A stretch of DNA of 63,761 nucleotides, counting the filler, from Octopus bimaculoides (Eukaryota): the NCBI RefSeq assembly GCF_001194135.2. It is 3 parts of 3 records of this genome, joined end to end, with 100 filler letters (N's around TTAATTAATTAA, not from the genome) between each part and the next. Parts side by side here need not be neighbours in the genome. Positions count along the whole stretch, not along the records: positions 16,852 to 47,854 come from NC_068999.1; 2 more parts are not named here. The stretch is one strand, 5' to 3'. Below, piece by piece: positions 26,037-38,535 of the stretch; positions within the stretch are counted from its first letter, which is position 1; each line of letters begins with the position of its first letter. The notes under the pieces were generated by a model. The model was not told where the DNA came from. It worked only from the letters and a program-made list of their open reading frames with translations, and made no database searches. A program made the translations under genes and the position numbers.

Positions 26037-27877
26037 TGTGTGTGTGTGTATGCGTGTGTATGAGCACATGCATACATATATATGCATATATATCCATCAT
26101 GGTTATATGCAAATATATATGCACATGAATGTGTATCTCTTTTATTTGTATTATCATTTTTTTATGTGGAAATGTAGCAGTATCCTTAGCAATCCAAGCA
26201 AATTCGAAATTGCCTTTCTCCGTTTGATGGTCAATAAAATAATAACCATCGAGATCTGAACTTGAAGTATTCTGTTAGCCCTACAAACATAATTCTTAGC
26301 CTCGACCCAAAATTTAAAACCAGTATTTGTAGCCAAAGGAAGTTTATAACGCATTATATCAGACTTACATGAAAGTAGTTCAGTAATCTTTTAATGGGTG
26401 CGATAATTATTTCTTACTGATATGATTATTACTATTTTTATTACTGGCATATCGATAATTTTAGCAACTTTCTCTCTCGGGGTATTGTTTAGTGTGAGGC
26501 TATAGCAGAAGACTGAACTTATATAATGAGATTGAAGCATGGTTGCAAAGCGACTCACTTGACCGCAGAACTAACGCTGCATCTACGTATTTTTTCTTAT
26601 TTGTTGGAGAAAACAAAATTTACAAAAACACAAACGCAAAAACTACATAAAGCTTTTTCTTTGGTTTTACTGTCCAATATGGATTTTAATTAGTACGAGT
26701 TTTGTAGCATTACTGCTTACGTAAGTTTTGTTCAATTACAGAACCTAAGTTGATAAATATTCAATGTTGATTTGCTAGACTTCGTGTTTGTATATAACAA
26801 TATATGACTGTGCCAAATTGCATAAATTTTTAATTTCGCCGAATTGTTCTACTGATGTCTTGAAGTTGCGCAATATTTTCTATATCGAAAATTAAGATTC
26901 ACAATTAGATTACATTACAGTACGGAAATTTATGCTAACATGCATTTTTGTCTTCATGCAAAATGGAGCAGCTGCTCAACTGATAAATCTCGCTGGTGAC
27001 ATACTCTAGAAATATTCCTCTATTAATATCATTCATCTGTGAACGTTAGAATACCAATACAATACATGCTTGAAAGTTGTATTTTAACTACCGATAACAC
27101 TATTGATAAACCAAATGCGTCTGTCTTATTTCCAAATTTAGCAGCGAAATATTACAAGCGTTTTACAAATGAAAGGTGCCGAACATTATTTGATATGCAA
27201 ATATGGCACAAATAGGCATTTCTTTGTATTTCAAAACTTTCAGTTTCATTTTATCCATGTTATTGAAATATAACATTGGAAATCCCGTTTGTTTTTTTAA
27301 GCCTGTTCTCAACGTTTGACATACGTAACGTCTAGTGATGCTTGCCAGAATATCGCATAAATTAAGATTTTTGTTCTACTGATGACGTTCATAAATTCCA
27401 CTAATTCTGTTTTAGATGCGGACCTGTCTCAAATGCGGATTTTGAACATCTACCTAGCTGCAACTGTTTAAGTACCGAAATATCTTACTGTTTCCAGCAT
27501 AAATTTATAGCTTCGTAGTAGCTATCAATTTGAAAACAATTATTCTATTCCTTTTATACAAATATAATTTATTTTAATAAATATACTCTTCCAGTTCTCC
27601 ATATCATAGTTGTTTGACTAAATAATCTCTCGTCTGAAAGCTGGCAGTCCATAAAGTTTAAGTCTCCACCAGTCATAGATCGTCTATAAATTTCAATGAC
27701 AGCGAGTGTTCCATTAAACGCTATAGTGTATTTGTAATTTTGATAATCAGATGAAATGGATGATAACAATAGAGTTGTACAATCCATTAGTGATAATTCT
27801 TATATGCTGTGGTATTTGAAATCATGATCAGATAATCACGTTTTGCAGCTTATTTCGTATTAAAATGCATAGGTGAT

Positions 27878-28240
27878 GCGAGGGACATTCCAGAAAAGTT
27901 GATACATTTTAGGAAAGGCAGTTATAACTGTTTTAGATGATTACAAAAATTATAAATCTTATATTCATATATCAAAATTATATATCATATTCATACCTGC
28001 CCTTTTTTTATTTAGGCTTTTAGGTTGTTGACGTGTGTAAACTCACTTTGAACACACTACTTATAAAAGCTGACTTGCCTGTAGAATTTTATGGGGACTT
28101 GAAGAAAATTTGAAGCTAACCATGCAATAAAATTGTGTGTTAAACAGGGCAAAAATTCTACAGAAATTCAGGGAGTCCACCATATCACATATGGATTAAC
28201 ATCTCTGAGAGGAGCATCTGTTTTCCGCCGGCACAAGAGA
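27878..28240 (+). mobile_element. Mariner-like transposon 5' fragment (TIR-like start plus N-terminal HTH)
   Basis: TIR-like 'gcgagggacattccagaaaagtt', then NHAIKLCVKQGKNSTEIQGVHHITYGLTSLRGASVFRRHKR, similar to mariner R.AIKFCVKLGK.ATET...YG......VF.WHKRF. Confidence 0.7.
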
Positions 28241-29631
28241 CAGGGCATTGGATGTTAAATGGGAGGCTCGTTATGGTACTCTTGTTTTGAGAGCAAAGGT
28301 ATCAAGTACATGCAACGTATAACCTCTGTCCAGACGGCCATCAAAGAGTACAATCTCCGCAAAAGACCTTCATATACCACATCATATGAAGGGTGTTGTC
28401 TTGCGAGTACTTGATGACGCCAGAAGTGATAATTTCATAGGAAAGGCATCCAGTGCACTTAGTGAACTGGCTGGCATTGATCTATAAAAATCATGCTAGA
28501 GAGGATACTGGAGCTAAACACAGCTTTCTGCCTCATTAGATAATGTTTACTCATCCATCCTATGTGAACATGCTGAATGCAACGTTAAATGAATGATATT
28601 ACAGACTTGATATTGTAAGTTAAAATAGCTGTCATTCAATAACAACCGTAGGCTGGTGGTATTGGTTTTAAAGATTCTCATTGTCTAGATATCATTTTTT
28701 TCAGTTTTCATGTAATTTAAGCACACGGTGTAAGTAACATATGATTCTACGCCAATTGTCTTTCGACAAGAAGCTTCTAATAAAGGTCCTGCACATTTAC
28801 ACACGGAGGATTGTCATAGAGCCTTTGCAAAAAAATTGAAGGGAATTAAGTGCACTGAAGTTAGGGTATGCTACTTGGAAAGAGATTAAAAGTTTGTATT
28901 TCTGTGAAAATTATAAATGCTTGCATTGAATAAAGGCATTACTGAAGTGCTTCTTGAAAATATTCAAAGTCATTTTAGGCCATGTAATGAAGTTGAAAAG
29001 TGAATCTTTTGAAAGAGTCGAAGGATGGTTTGAATAATCCATTAATTGTATAATGAGAAACGTAGTAAGTGATCTCAAATAAGAGGCGTGATTGCAAAAC
29101 AATTAGTTTCAATTTAAATGATTTGATATTCAATGATTGCAAATTTCTACAACTATCATTAAGAAGAGAAGAATACATATTTGGAGCAAAATACATTACA
29201 TGTATTGCATTGCACTCATGCTTAATAAATTTCCCCTTTTGTAAAAAAAGAACTTCAAAATATGATTTTATAGTTTCAGATACAATGGAATGTTGAACAA
29301 TAATGTTCTTCATTTAACATGTTGAGTTCAATGTTCTGTTTGTCTTGTGTATGAATCCGACTGATAAATTGTATAAAAGATTGCTTTAAATATATATTTA
29401 TATATATTTCATATTAGAAATATAATTTCGTTCTTGGGGCTAAACAAAATTGCACGTCCCCTAAGGAATTATACGGGATACAGTATGTCTTAAAACACGT
29501 GTACAATATTCAACATTATGGTCTGAAACGTGTAATCTGAATAACGTAATATTTCATGTTATACGCATTCTCCCTCACTATGCCCACACGCAATCAATCA
29601 CTCTGCCTCTCACTATCTTTCTCTCACACAC

Positions 29632-29669
<38 letters not shown>

Positions 29670-30107
29670 TATTTAAAATTATTTAAAATTATAATACAGG
29701 GTATCTAAGAGATACCACCACGCTGAAGAATAGCAGTCAAATCCTGAGTCTAAAACCACAATAAATGTCCACATAGCATGAGTAGCGAAGACGAAGACCA
29801 AATAAACCAGTAAAAATAACAAGATAATTCCAAATCCTGGATTTCTGGCTTTGCATAAATAATGATGCTTTGGCTTCATCGGTGGAATATACTCAAGTAC
29901 ATAAATACAAATACATGTATATAAACAGTATACGTACATATACGGACGCATACATACATATATATGCACGTATGCACACGACTAGCTTAAATAGCCCGCC
30001 TAAAAACTTCTCCTGCGATCCGGACAGAATATCAGCGCAGTAAATACACTGACAAAACTAATTTATATAAATATAAATATTTATATAAATTATTTATNNN
30101 NNNNNNN

Positions 30108-30142
<35 letters not shown>

Positions 30143-30455
30143 GTATGTATATGCATTATATGTATAAATGTACATGTAAGTTACATGTATGTATATATAA
30201 ATATACACGAACGCATATATATGTTTATATACGTGGATGTATGTGCTTGTATGTATCTATGTTTGTAGTATGGAAGCGTGATCTGTAACGCTTTCTACAC
30301 TGACATAGTATTTACTTTGTTTTATATGTTCTTATTTTTGGAAAAAATCCATCTGCAACTTTTTCCTGGAACCATATGTAAATACGCAAAACAATACCAA
30401 TGCATTCTTTAACATTTGATAAACAAACAAATAAACAAACAAATAGACCTATATA

Positions 30456-30489
<34 letters not shown>

Positions 30490-30862
30490 TGGGTGTGTGT
30501 GTGTGTGTGCCTATAAATACGTACATGCATACATACGTACATATAATTTAATTTATTGCTTTCAAAACTGATATAAAACAGAGTAACATAAACATACAAT
30601 ACTATCAATTTTGTAACAAGTAGAATGGAATGGTATGAATTTGAATGTCATTTTCCTGTCAATAATGGTATATAATTTGCTCAACAAAAATTAAATATTC
30701 TTGTAAAATTCATTCAAGTTGTGTTTGAATTTATTATTGAATTTTATCAATGGCGTGCAAATCCTCACCCCACAGAAACAATGTTCTGTTATGAACGAAA
30801 GCGCTACTATATGTATAACATAAATGAAAGAAGTTATTCCAAAATTCTGACGACTTTTTTTT

Positions 30863-30912
<50 letters not shown>

Positions 30913-33229
30913 ATATATGCATGTATGTGTGTATGTATGTACGTATGTATGTATGCATGCATGTATGTATGCGTACGTGTGCGTGAGTGTGTCTATACGT
31001 GTGTGCGTGCGTGTGTGTAAGGGTGTCAATATAGTGTCCTGGAAAACCTTGAAGAATTGCGATTTGGTTGAATTAAATAGAAACCTACGTGGTTTGTGCC
31101 TCAAATAATTTTCTCTCAATATACTATATTTGCTTTCAACATTTCAGATGTTTGTTCTTAATTTGTCAACAACGAAATGATGAAAGGCACAGTTAAACTC
31201 CACATATATAGGGCTCCAAATATAAGACGAATAGAATGCCGCTATGATGTTACCAGAAGTGCTAAACACAGACTCGGCTCACGCAGTTAGAAGGAATTTT
31301 GTGATGTGAAATTATGCATGTCGACTTCCTCTTTGCTTGATTATAAATGATTTAATATCTACTTTCAACCTCTCAAATATTTACGGCCGTAAATTTCTAG
31401 AAATTACGTTCGTATGAATTTTGTAGGTAGCTAAAATACCAAAATAGATGAAACTGTTGAATTTGAAGGATTTTTCGTGTTTCCATTAATTAGCTTGATC
31501 TAATCATTAAATCTAGCTCAGTACACAGCAAACCATGAAGAAGTTCGTTATGTTTTCATCTCCTCAGATTTAAGGTAATAGAAACCACGATTTATTATTG
31601 TCGATTATTTCAGTGTTTCTTCGATATATACTCGTAATTTTACTTCTATAAGCATGTATCTGGTATCTGATTGAATATATTTCCTTTTCTCTTATCATAA
31701 TTCCTGTATACCTTTACGTTTACATTCATCCATTTCCTTATCCCTCTCCCTATTTCTTATTTCGTCGTCTTTCTATTTCTTTCGATTTAATAACACCTCT
31801 TCATTTATATCTATAGTTCCCCCTCATTCGCATCGCTCACCTCTCTATCTCTTCCTTTCTATCAACATCAAGTTATCTCTGTTTCTCATATTACCACTGT
31901 TGTTCCGACTCTATCTCTGAATTTACATTTGCACCTGTGTCTCTCCCCCCATCATCTCTAGCGAAACCCGTACTGAAATAATTACAACTCTATTATCTGG
32001 ATGAACAGTAAACTATCTGGATGAGCAGTCGTAGACATATGTCGAAGTACGTTTTGAAGTATTGGATATTTCCGCATCTACATGATTAACTGTTGTTCTA
32101 CTTCCAGCCTTAAAATTTATGGTCTATGGGAGACAACTCTTTTATATTGTTTTTTCTTTTTATTTTGGCATGGAAATATATACCAGTGCCAAACTGGACG
32201 GTAGTGCACTTTTCAAATATCTCACTCAGCCGGACTTCAGAGCGGACCGAGTACAGCAAAAGACCCAGAGCTTCTTAATATATTACCAAAATATATGAGA
32301 AGTCCACAGGAAGTGGGAATAGATGCTTTAAAGTAGCAATTTGGCAACAGTAAAAACCAAACGTCTTCTTTCACAACAAGCCAATCACTACGGAATGGTA
32401 ATTAAGAAGATAATAATACTGGCGGACCCCCGACATGGTGAAATGCCAGAAGAGATAAAGATTGAAATATTAAAAGTCAACACAGATTTCAAACTTAACA
32501 CAATACATCTGTATCTTAAGATGATGAAGATGAAGAATAAGTGTATCATCCGTTTGGAAGTTAATCTTTCCTTCAGAAGAGAAAAGCGTATCTGTATTCG
32601 GACTGTTGGGAGTGTGTTCATGGAGGAAAGGGTGTATATTTTAAGCATGTGAAAGTGTTGAAGCATAGTGCCGCAGGATCGTGGAGTTGTGAGATGTTGC
32701 TCTAGATTCGCACTCGTTAAAATGTGTGAGGAGAAATTATGATTGTAAATGTTTGTTGCGACTCGGAATATTAGGTAAATGGGACGGCAGTCAGATGTAA
32801 AGAGTATGATAGTTACGTGTGAGCTAATTTTAAGACCATGAGAAATAAATGCGAAAATGGAAACAAATAAAAATGAACTACAAACTATGGTGAAAAATAA
32901 AAGAAGCTAAAATGAGATAGTTGCTTGCTGTGTAAATTTTATATCTTTAATCACGGATATATGATTTTAACGAAGCGAGAGTAAAGCAAGATCTTCACAG
33001 ACATAACTTCCGACACCACACGTGAGACTCCAACGCTTTCTGTCTCTTTCTCCTGCAGGCGCGTTACTCTTTATTTTATAAGAGTTTGACGAGACCACAT
33101 TTTCGTCACACAGTGATGTTGATGTATATCACCACAACAGTAAAAGAAGAAATGCCATTTAAAACATACTCAACACTTGTGAAGAGCCGAGGATTTTGTT
33201 TGGAGTATCCTAAGGCTGGTAGGTACTAG

Positions 33230-33860
33230 TTAAAAAAAATTGCTTGTGACAAATAGAAAAATAAGATGAATGTGATAGGTGAAACTGCAAACGTTTGAAA
33301 CATTTATGTGGTAGACGTTAAAATAAAAATACGAGAGATATGGGAGAATATTTATTATAGTATTTACAAATAGCAAAATTGTCTGAGGTATGTGTATGTA
33401 CAGGCGGTGTCCGAGTTTTGCGAGTGTGTGGGTCAGTATTAGATTGATGTGGTGCGAGTTGAAGGTAGTGGTAAAGGATTTGAGTTCCATGGAGGGAAAC
33501 TATGTTGTTTAAAGTGAGGGGAAATATGTGCATAGTGATGAAACTCGTTCGGATAAAATACAAGATAGGGGAATTGATGCAAGGTATTCAGAATAAACGT
33601 CGTAGAATTTCAAAATTGATAATGAGATTGTGTCCGATTTCATGGGGTAACGATCCGCAATGGTAGCAAAACTGACGATGGAGATGTCTTGAATGGAATA
33701 TGTGTTGGTGTGAATATCTAGATACAGCCGAAGTATTACTAATTCCGACATGACTGAAAAGCACCGCGAAGCATCTTGATCGGCCTATGGCCGGAGTCGT
33801 TGTTGTAGATTATATTACTGTAGAGGCTCGATAAGATTCCCTGAAACGCAAAGTCAGATT
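33230..33860 (-). mobile_element. Possible highly decayed Penelope-like RT remnant
   Basis: Scattered motifs across frames: HRPI (cf. GRPI), STTFILNTL (cf. DTT.FL..L), HGTQILYHYL...DNF..KYY. The order fits but each motif is weak. Confidence 0.3.
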
Positions 33861-33902
33861 GTTATGCTCGGTGACTTTTTGGGTGATGGGAATGAAAAGG
33901 CA

Positions 33903-33916
33903 AGAGAGAGAGGGGG

Positions 33917-33966
<50 letters not shown>
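33903..33966. repeat. (GA)n microsatellite
   Basis: Direct reading. Confidence 0.95.
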
Positions 33967-33969
<3 letters not shown>

Positions 33970-34549
33970 ACAACAACAAAGAAGTGATCAAGTAAAAGTG
34001 TGAGATATAGGGGACTGTGAATTTCGCGGAGAAGTGGAAAGAAACATTAAGAAAGAAGAAAATAGATTTAGCAGCGTGAAATTGTAGGCGGAAAGTGATG
34101 TATTGAGTCGTTCAGTGGAGGTGGAGGTAGATAAGCTTGTAAGTAAGAAGAGAGGAGTTACAGTGTTGTCATTACTGAAGTGTGGTGAAAAGTTTGAGGT
34201 GCTATCAAGCGTTAGGTTACGGTAAAAGTAATTTATTTAAGGTCGATTGGGTAACCACGAAGAAAAGGTTACAGCCTTGCGTAGGAACTAGTCATATGTG
34301 TATGTATATACGAACGTGTGCTATAGAAGGTAAAAGCGTTTGAACAACAGACCAATATTGCAAGGGACCTCATTAAAAATATATATAGAATATCTGACCT
34401 AAATTAATTAAGCAGCATTAGTTATCCAGCGAAAGGTGACAGGCAACGCTCATCAGATGGCATTTCTGGAATGTTGAAGGTGGCACGAAGAGAGAAGTCA
34501 TAGAGATATTTTTCAACTCTTAATGACTTCTAACTGAAAATTATTTGTC

Positions 34550-34606
34550 AATACACTTCCTAAATACACTTCCTAAATACACTTCCTAAATACACTTCCT
34601 AAATAC
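34550..34606. repeat. 13-bp tandem repeat (aatacacttccta) x4 plus a partial copy
   Basis: Direct reading. Confidence 0.95.
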
Positions 34607-37220
34607 TGCAAGAATTCCTTCCCTGCTTCAATAAACGAAGCAGTCAGTGGAGTGATATAGATGTATGAATGAACACGTTTAAGCTTCTAATACAAGACAA
34701 ACAAATACTCACACACACACACACACACACACACAAGCTCAAACGCACAGCACACAAACAGTATGTATTTACCTCTGCAACTTCACAGACCCGTCACTCG
34801 AAACTGTACGATGAAATAACGCATACCAGTATATTACAACACCCGTCTCCATAAATGAGGTTTATTTAGTCTCTCTAGCGCATCTCACTCGTGAGTTAAT
34901 TATATTTTGTACTAAAACGAAGAGATATTTGCAACTTATGTGCACTCCAGATTTTATTTCAAGATAATACAATAATTTCCATATATAAATTTACCCAAGT
35001 TTAGTTAGTTGTGTCTGCGTTTTCACTAAGACTATATTCTGAACTGCACATAAATATTTAATTTTGCTGAGGTGTTACAATAGAATAAAAATGGCGATGC
35101 AATGAGTTTCTAGAAAGTAATGTATACAGGCTTGTATGTAGACAATTCCTGTCAGCAAATATATGCGTCTCGATGTCAACAGAAAGCAGCTGCTCACGAA
35201 CTAAATTGTACAACAGTGTTTCGTAGACCAATAATTTTTTTCTTCTCAAAATATATGGTCATGTCAATTCAATAAATCTATGCAAAGTATTCATTATATT
35301 TGTTCAACGAATTAACACATTATTATTTAGTTTGCGCTACCTGTATATTTACATTATTGTTGTCCGCAACAAGGTGCTACTGAAGTAGCTGGCTGACTGA
35401 ATAAACAATATAAACACTTTCAATTGTTCACAAGTTGCAGAGATTAGTCTCATGCATTGCATGTAAAATAACAATAACAATAGTCATATATACAGGCACC
35501 CGCACCCGCACACGGTCACATACGCACACATATATGAGGGGAACTTGCACACAATATATAATAGATTTGATTACAATTTAAATAGATTTTAAAATGCAAG
35601 AACACAGTTGACAGGCTACAAATAATATTTTCTGAAGTATATAGAATCGGAGTTGTGTCGAGATATATGTATTACCTGGCCGTGTTATAAAAACGTTTCT
35701 TTTTAATGAAAGAATATGGCTCAGAATGTTATCCATTAACGTAGAAATTGTTTGGTGAGCGTTCATGTGTTAAAAACATGAGACAGTCTCGCGAGAATGT
35801 TGCATAAATGTCTTCTCCGTTGAGTACACTTTATGTTAGCTAGAAAATACACATCGACAGGTGATATCTATTTTAATGTGTTTTGTGTCTAGTTTTATGT
35901 CCGCCGAAATAAAGAATATACTTAAATTGAGTTGAAACAAACGGATAGTAACTGTTCATATAGAAAGGATATAAATAGTTATTCTTTATCATTTAGTTTA
36001 AGGGTAATTCTATCAATTTATACCATTTCACTACTGTTAAATATGTTTAAATATATCCCCGTTTGTGTTAACAAGGTGCGGATAAATCAGGTAGTTTAGT
36101 GTCGAGTAAATGCGATATGTGCTAGCCGCTATATGAAATCTGGTTTTCTCAAGAACGATTGCAAAATGATATACATGTTTCTAGAAAGAATAATTTGCAA
36201 GAAAAGGAAACTCGTATGATATTGAATATTTTATAAACTGTTCAGCTTTCGTTTGTATTTTTTAATAAATTAATTTTCTCATTAATTCTTGTTTGATCTG
36301 AGATATTGTCCGCATAATAATAGAATAAGTACAAGAGAAATTTCAAAGATAGTGCTTCACCGCATGCGTCCAGATTTTCAATAATTGTAAGTTGTCTTCT
36401 ACACGGACCTCGTCTTTCTTGATGATGATTTGTTAATCTGATTTTTAAAGTGAAGTAAATTTATCTAATTTCATCATCCCTGCATCTATCGTATTCCAGC
36501 AGATATATATTTTCTTCAAAAATAAACAGTCTTTATAACAACGGCCAAATAAACATAATTCGCGACACAGCTTCAGATACTATACACTTCTAAAATCTAA
36601 CGTGAAACTGGGCGGCTGTATTCCTATACTTGGAAAGCTAACTGACTTTAATTATTAGTGATATATTCTCTGTGCATATTCAACATCATTTTTTCTAGAC
36701 TTCCACTTTATTAGAGTAAAACAATTTATATATATTGGTAGAAGGAAACTGAAAGAATCCAGACTATATATATATATATGTATAAATAAATGAGGGTGCA
36801 AAATAGCACCTATAATTGCTAGAAACGAGAGCCAAAATTTGACTGGAACCGACAAACAAAAGCACTAATCTCATGAAATATTATGAGAGCCAAAATAAGA
36901 TATAAAAATATATTAATACATTATTAATTTATATTTGTGGAATATATTACTATATATTTATAAACATGTGTGTTTCTATGCGTGTACTTTTAAACATATG
37001 CATATATACGTATGTGGGTATATAATAAAATACGAAACCGGTATTTCTCCAAAAACAATTTTACTATAATCAAACTTTTATAACATTTTTATAACATAAC
37101 GTTTTAAATATATTTATTAACCATATAACACACGCATTCTGTAGTTTTTTTCATTCTTTTTTTGTCTTTTATACATCCAACCACGTGCTTTCACATACCA
37201 ACTCTCTCACCTATATATAT

Positions 37221-38451
37221 CTTGGACCATAAATAACGCGTTGTGTTATACAAATATTTTTTTTCAAAATTAAGATAAACAAAGTTATTTGTTAACCTAA
37301 ACTCTACTCTCCTTCATATACTACAATGCTTTTCCATCTGATAGGCTTGCAAGGCGCTTCTTCCAAAATTACCTTGTCCGTGACAAAAAATGCTCCTCCA
37401 TTACTGTTCTGATCTCGTCTCCAGAATTCACATTCTTTCCGTTCAAATGATTTACATAGTGCGGAATAAATGATAATTAGAAAAGGCAATGCGCGGCGAA
37501 TATGATGTGTGGAGTATCGTTTCCATTCAAACTACCCCAGCCTTTTGAATGTCATCCTCGCTGTACATAGTTGAGCATTATGCTGATGTATGAACACCTT
37601 TCCTCTTGACACCTAACACGGTCGTATTTTTCTAGCGCTGGCATAAGCCGATCTAGATGCTCGCAGTAGATCTCATTTGTAATTGTTTTGTTTGTGTCTA
37701 AAAGTTCAAAGTGGACTAAACTTTTCATATCCCACCAACCAGATAACAACTTATGTGGGTAAAGACCTTCTTTAACCTGTGGTACCGGTGTTTCTCCATT
37801 CTATAACCATTGTCTTCGGCTCTTGGCATTTTTCAAGAGAATCCACTTCTCGTAACTATTTAGTATTTGGTCAAAACATTGTTCATTCCTGATTAGACAC
37901 GGAAAGTTTCCGACGAAACCATTGACCCAATTTATTGACTTTTCACATGGCCCGTAGTCGTCGATGAATGGTTGAATGACGAAATCGAAGCTTATATGGT
38001 AGCTTGTCAATATTTACAATGTGATTTTGCTTCACCAGAGTTTCCAGGACGTCCTCGTTGAGCTCTTCATAGTTCCAGGAAGAGACTTGTCATCTAGACT
38101 GTATTTTCCGACTTAGTATTTCTGGAACCACTATTGAACTGGCTTACGTTTGTTTTCCGATGCATATACACCGTATTAGTATTCGGCGCAATTTCCGTTG
38201 CATTGTTGCCTTTATTAAACTCATAAAATAAAATATAGCGAATATGATTCCTTTTCCACTTCCAATATAGATTTGAGAAAATAACTGCTAAAATCGAACT
38301 GCACTCTTCAAAACTTGCACTTAGAATAAAGAGAAGGTAAAATCACTACCCGCGTTTATAGAAAGTTAATGGAGGTAGTTTATCCCGTCCTATTCTGTCT
38401 ATTTACTTCATGCTACTGAAAAAAATCGCATCATTCATCAGATGATCCAAT
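37221..38451 (-). mobile_element. Mariner (DD34D-type) DNA transposon, near full length, inactive transposase pseudogene
   Basis: Frameshifted peptides in the correct order: HIRYILFYEFNKGNNATEIA; Q*WFQKY; DQILNSYEKWILLKNAKSRRQWL; MLSGWWDMKSLVHFELLDTNKTITNEIYCEHLDRL; VFIHQHNAQLCTARMT; HTSYSPRIAFSNYHLFR; RWKSIV. Degenerate TIRs (ttgga...ataaataacgcg vs ttgga...atgaatgatgcg); span ~1.23 kb. Confidence 0.9.
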
Positions 38452-38452
38452 T

Positions 38453-38486
<34 letters not shown>

Positions 38487-38494
38487 CACACACC

Positions 38495-38535
<41 letters not shown>

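Noticed and set aside
30060-30091. Perfect 15-bp A/T-only inverted repeat
   Set aside because: Low complexity and next to a gap; expected in TA-rich tracts.
32341-32652. 103-aa ORF with KIIILAD, similar to the LINE endonuclease motif KIIILGDFN
   Set aside because: Single weak motif; other APE motifs not found.
34550-34606. Regular direct repeats (also 14881-14948) considered as CRISPR-like
   Set aside because: Head-to-tail units with no spacers, in a eukaryotic context.
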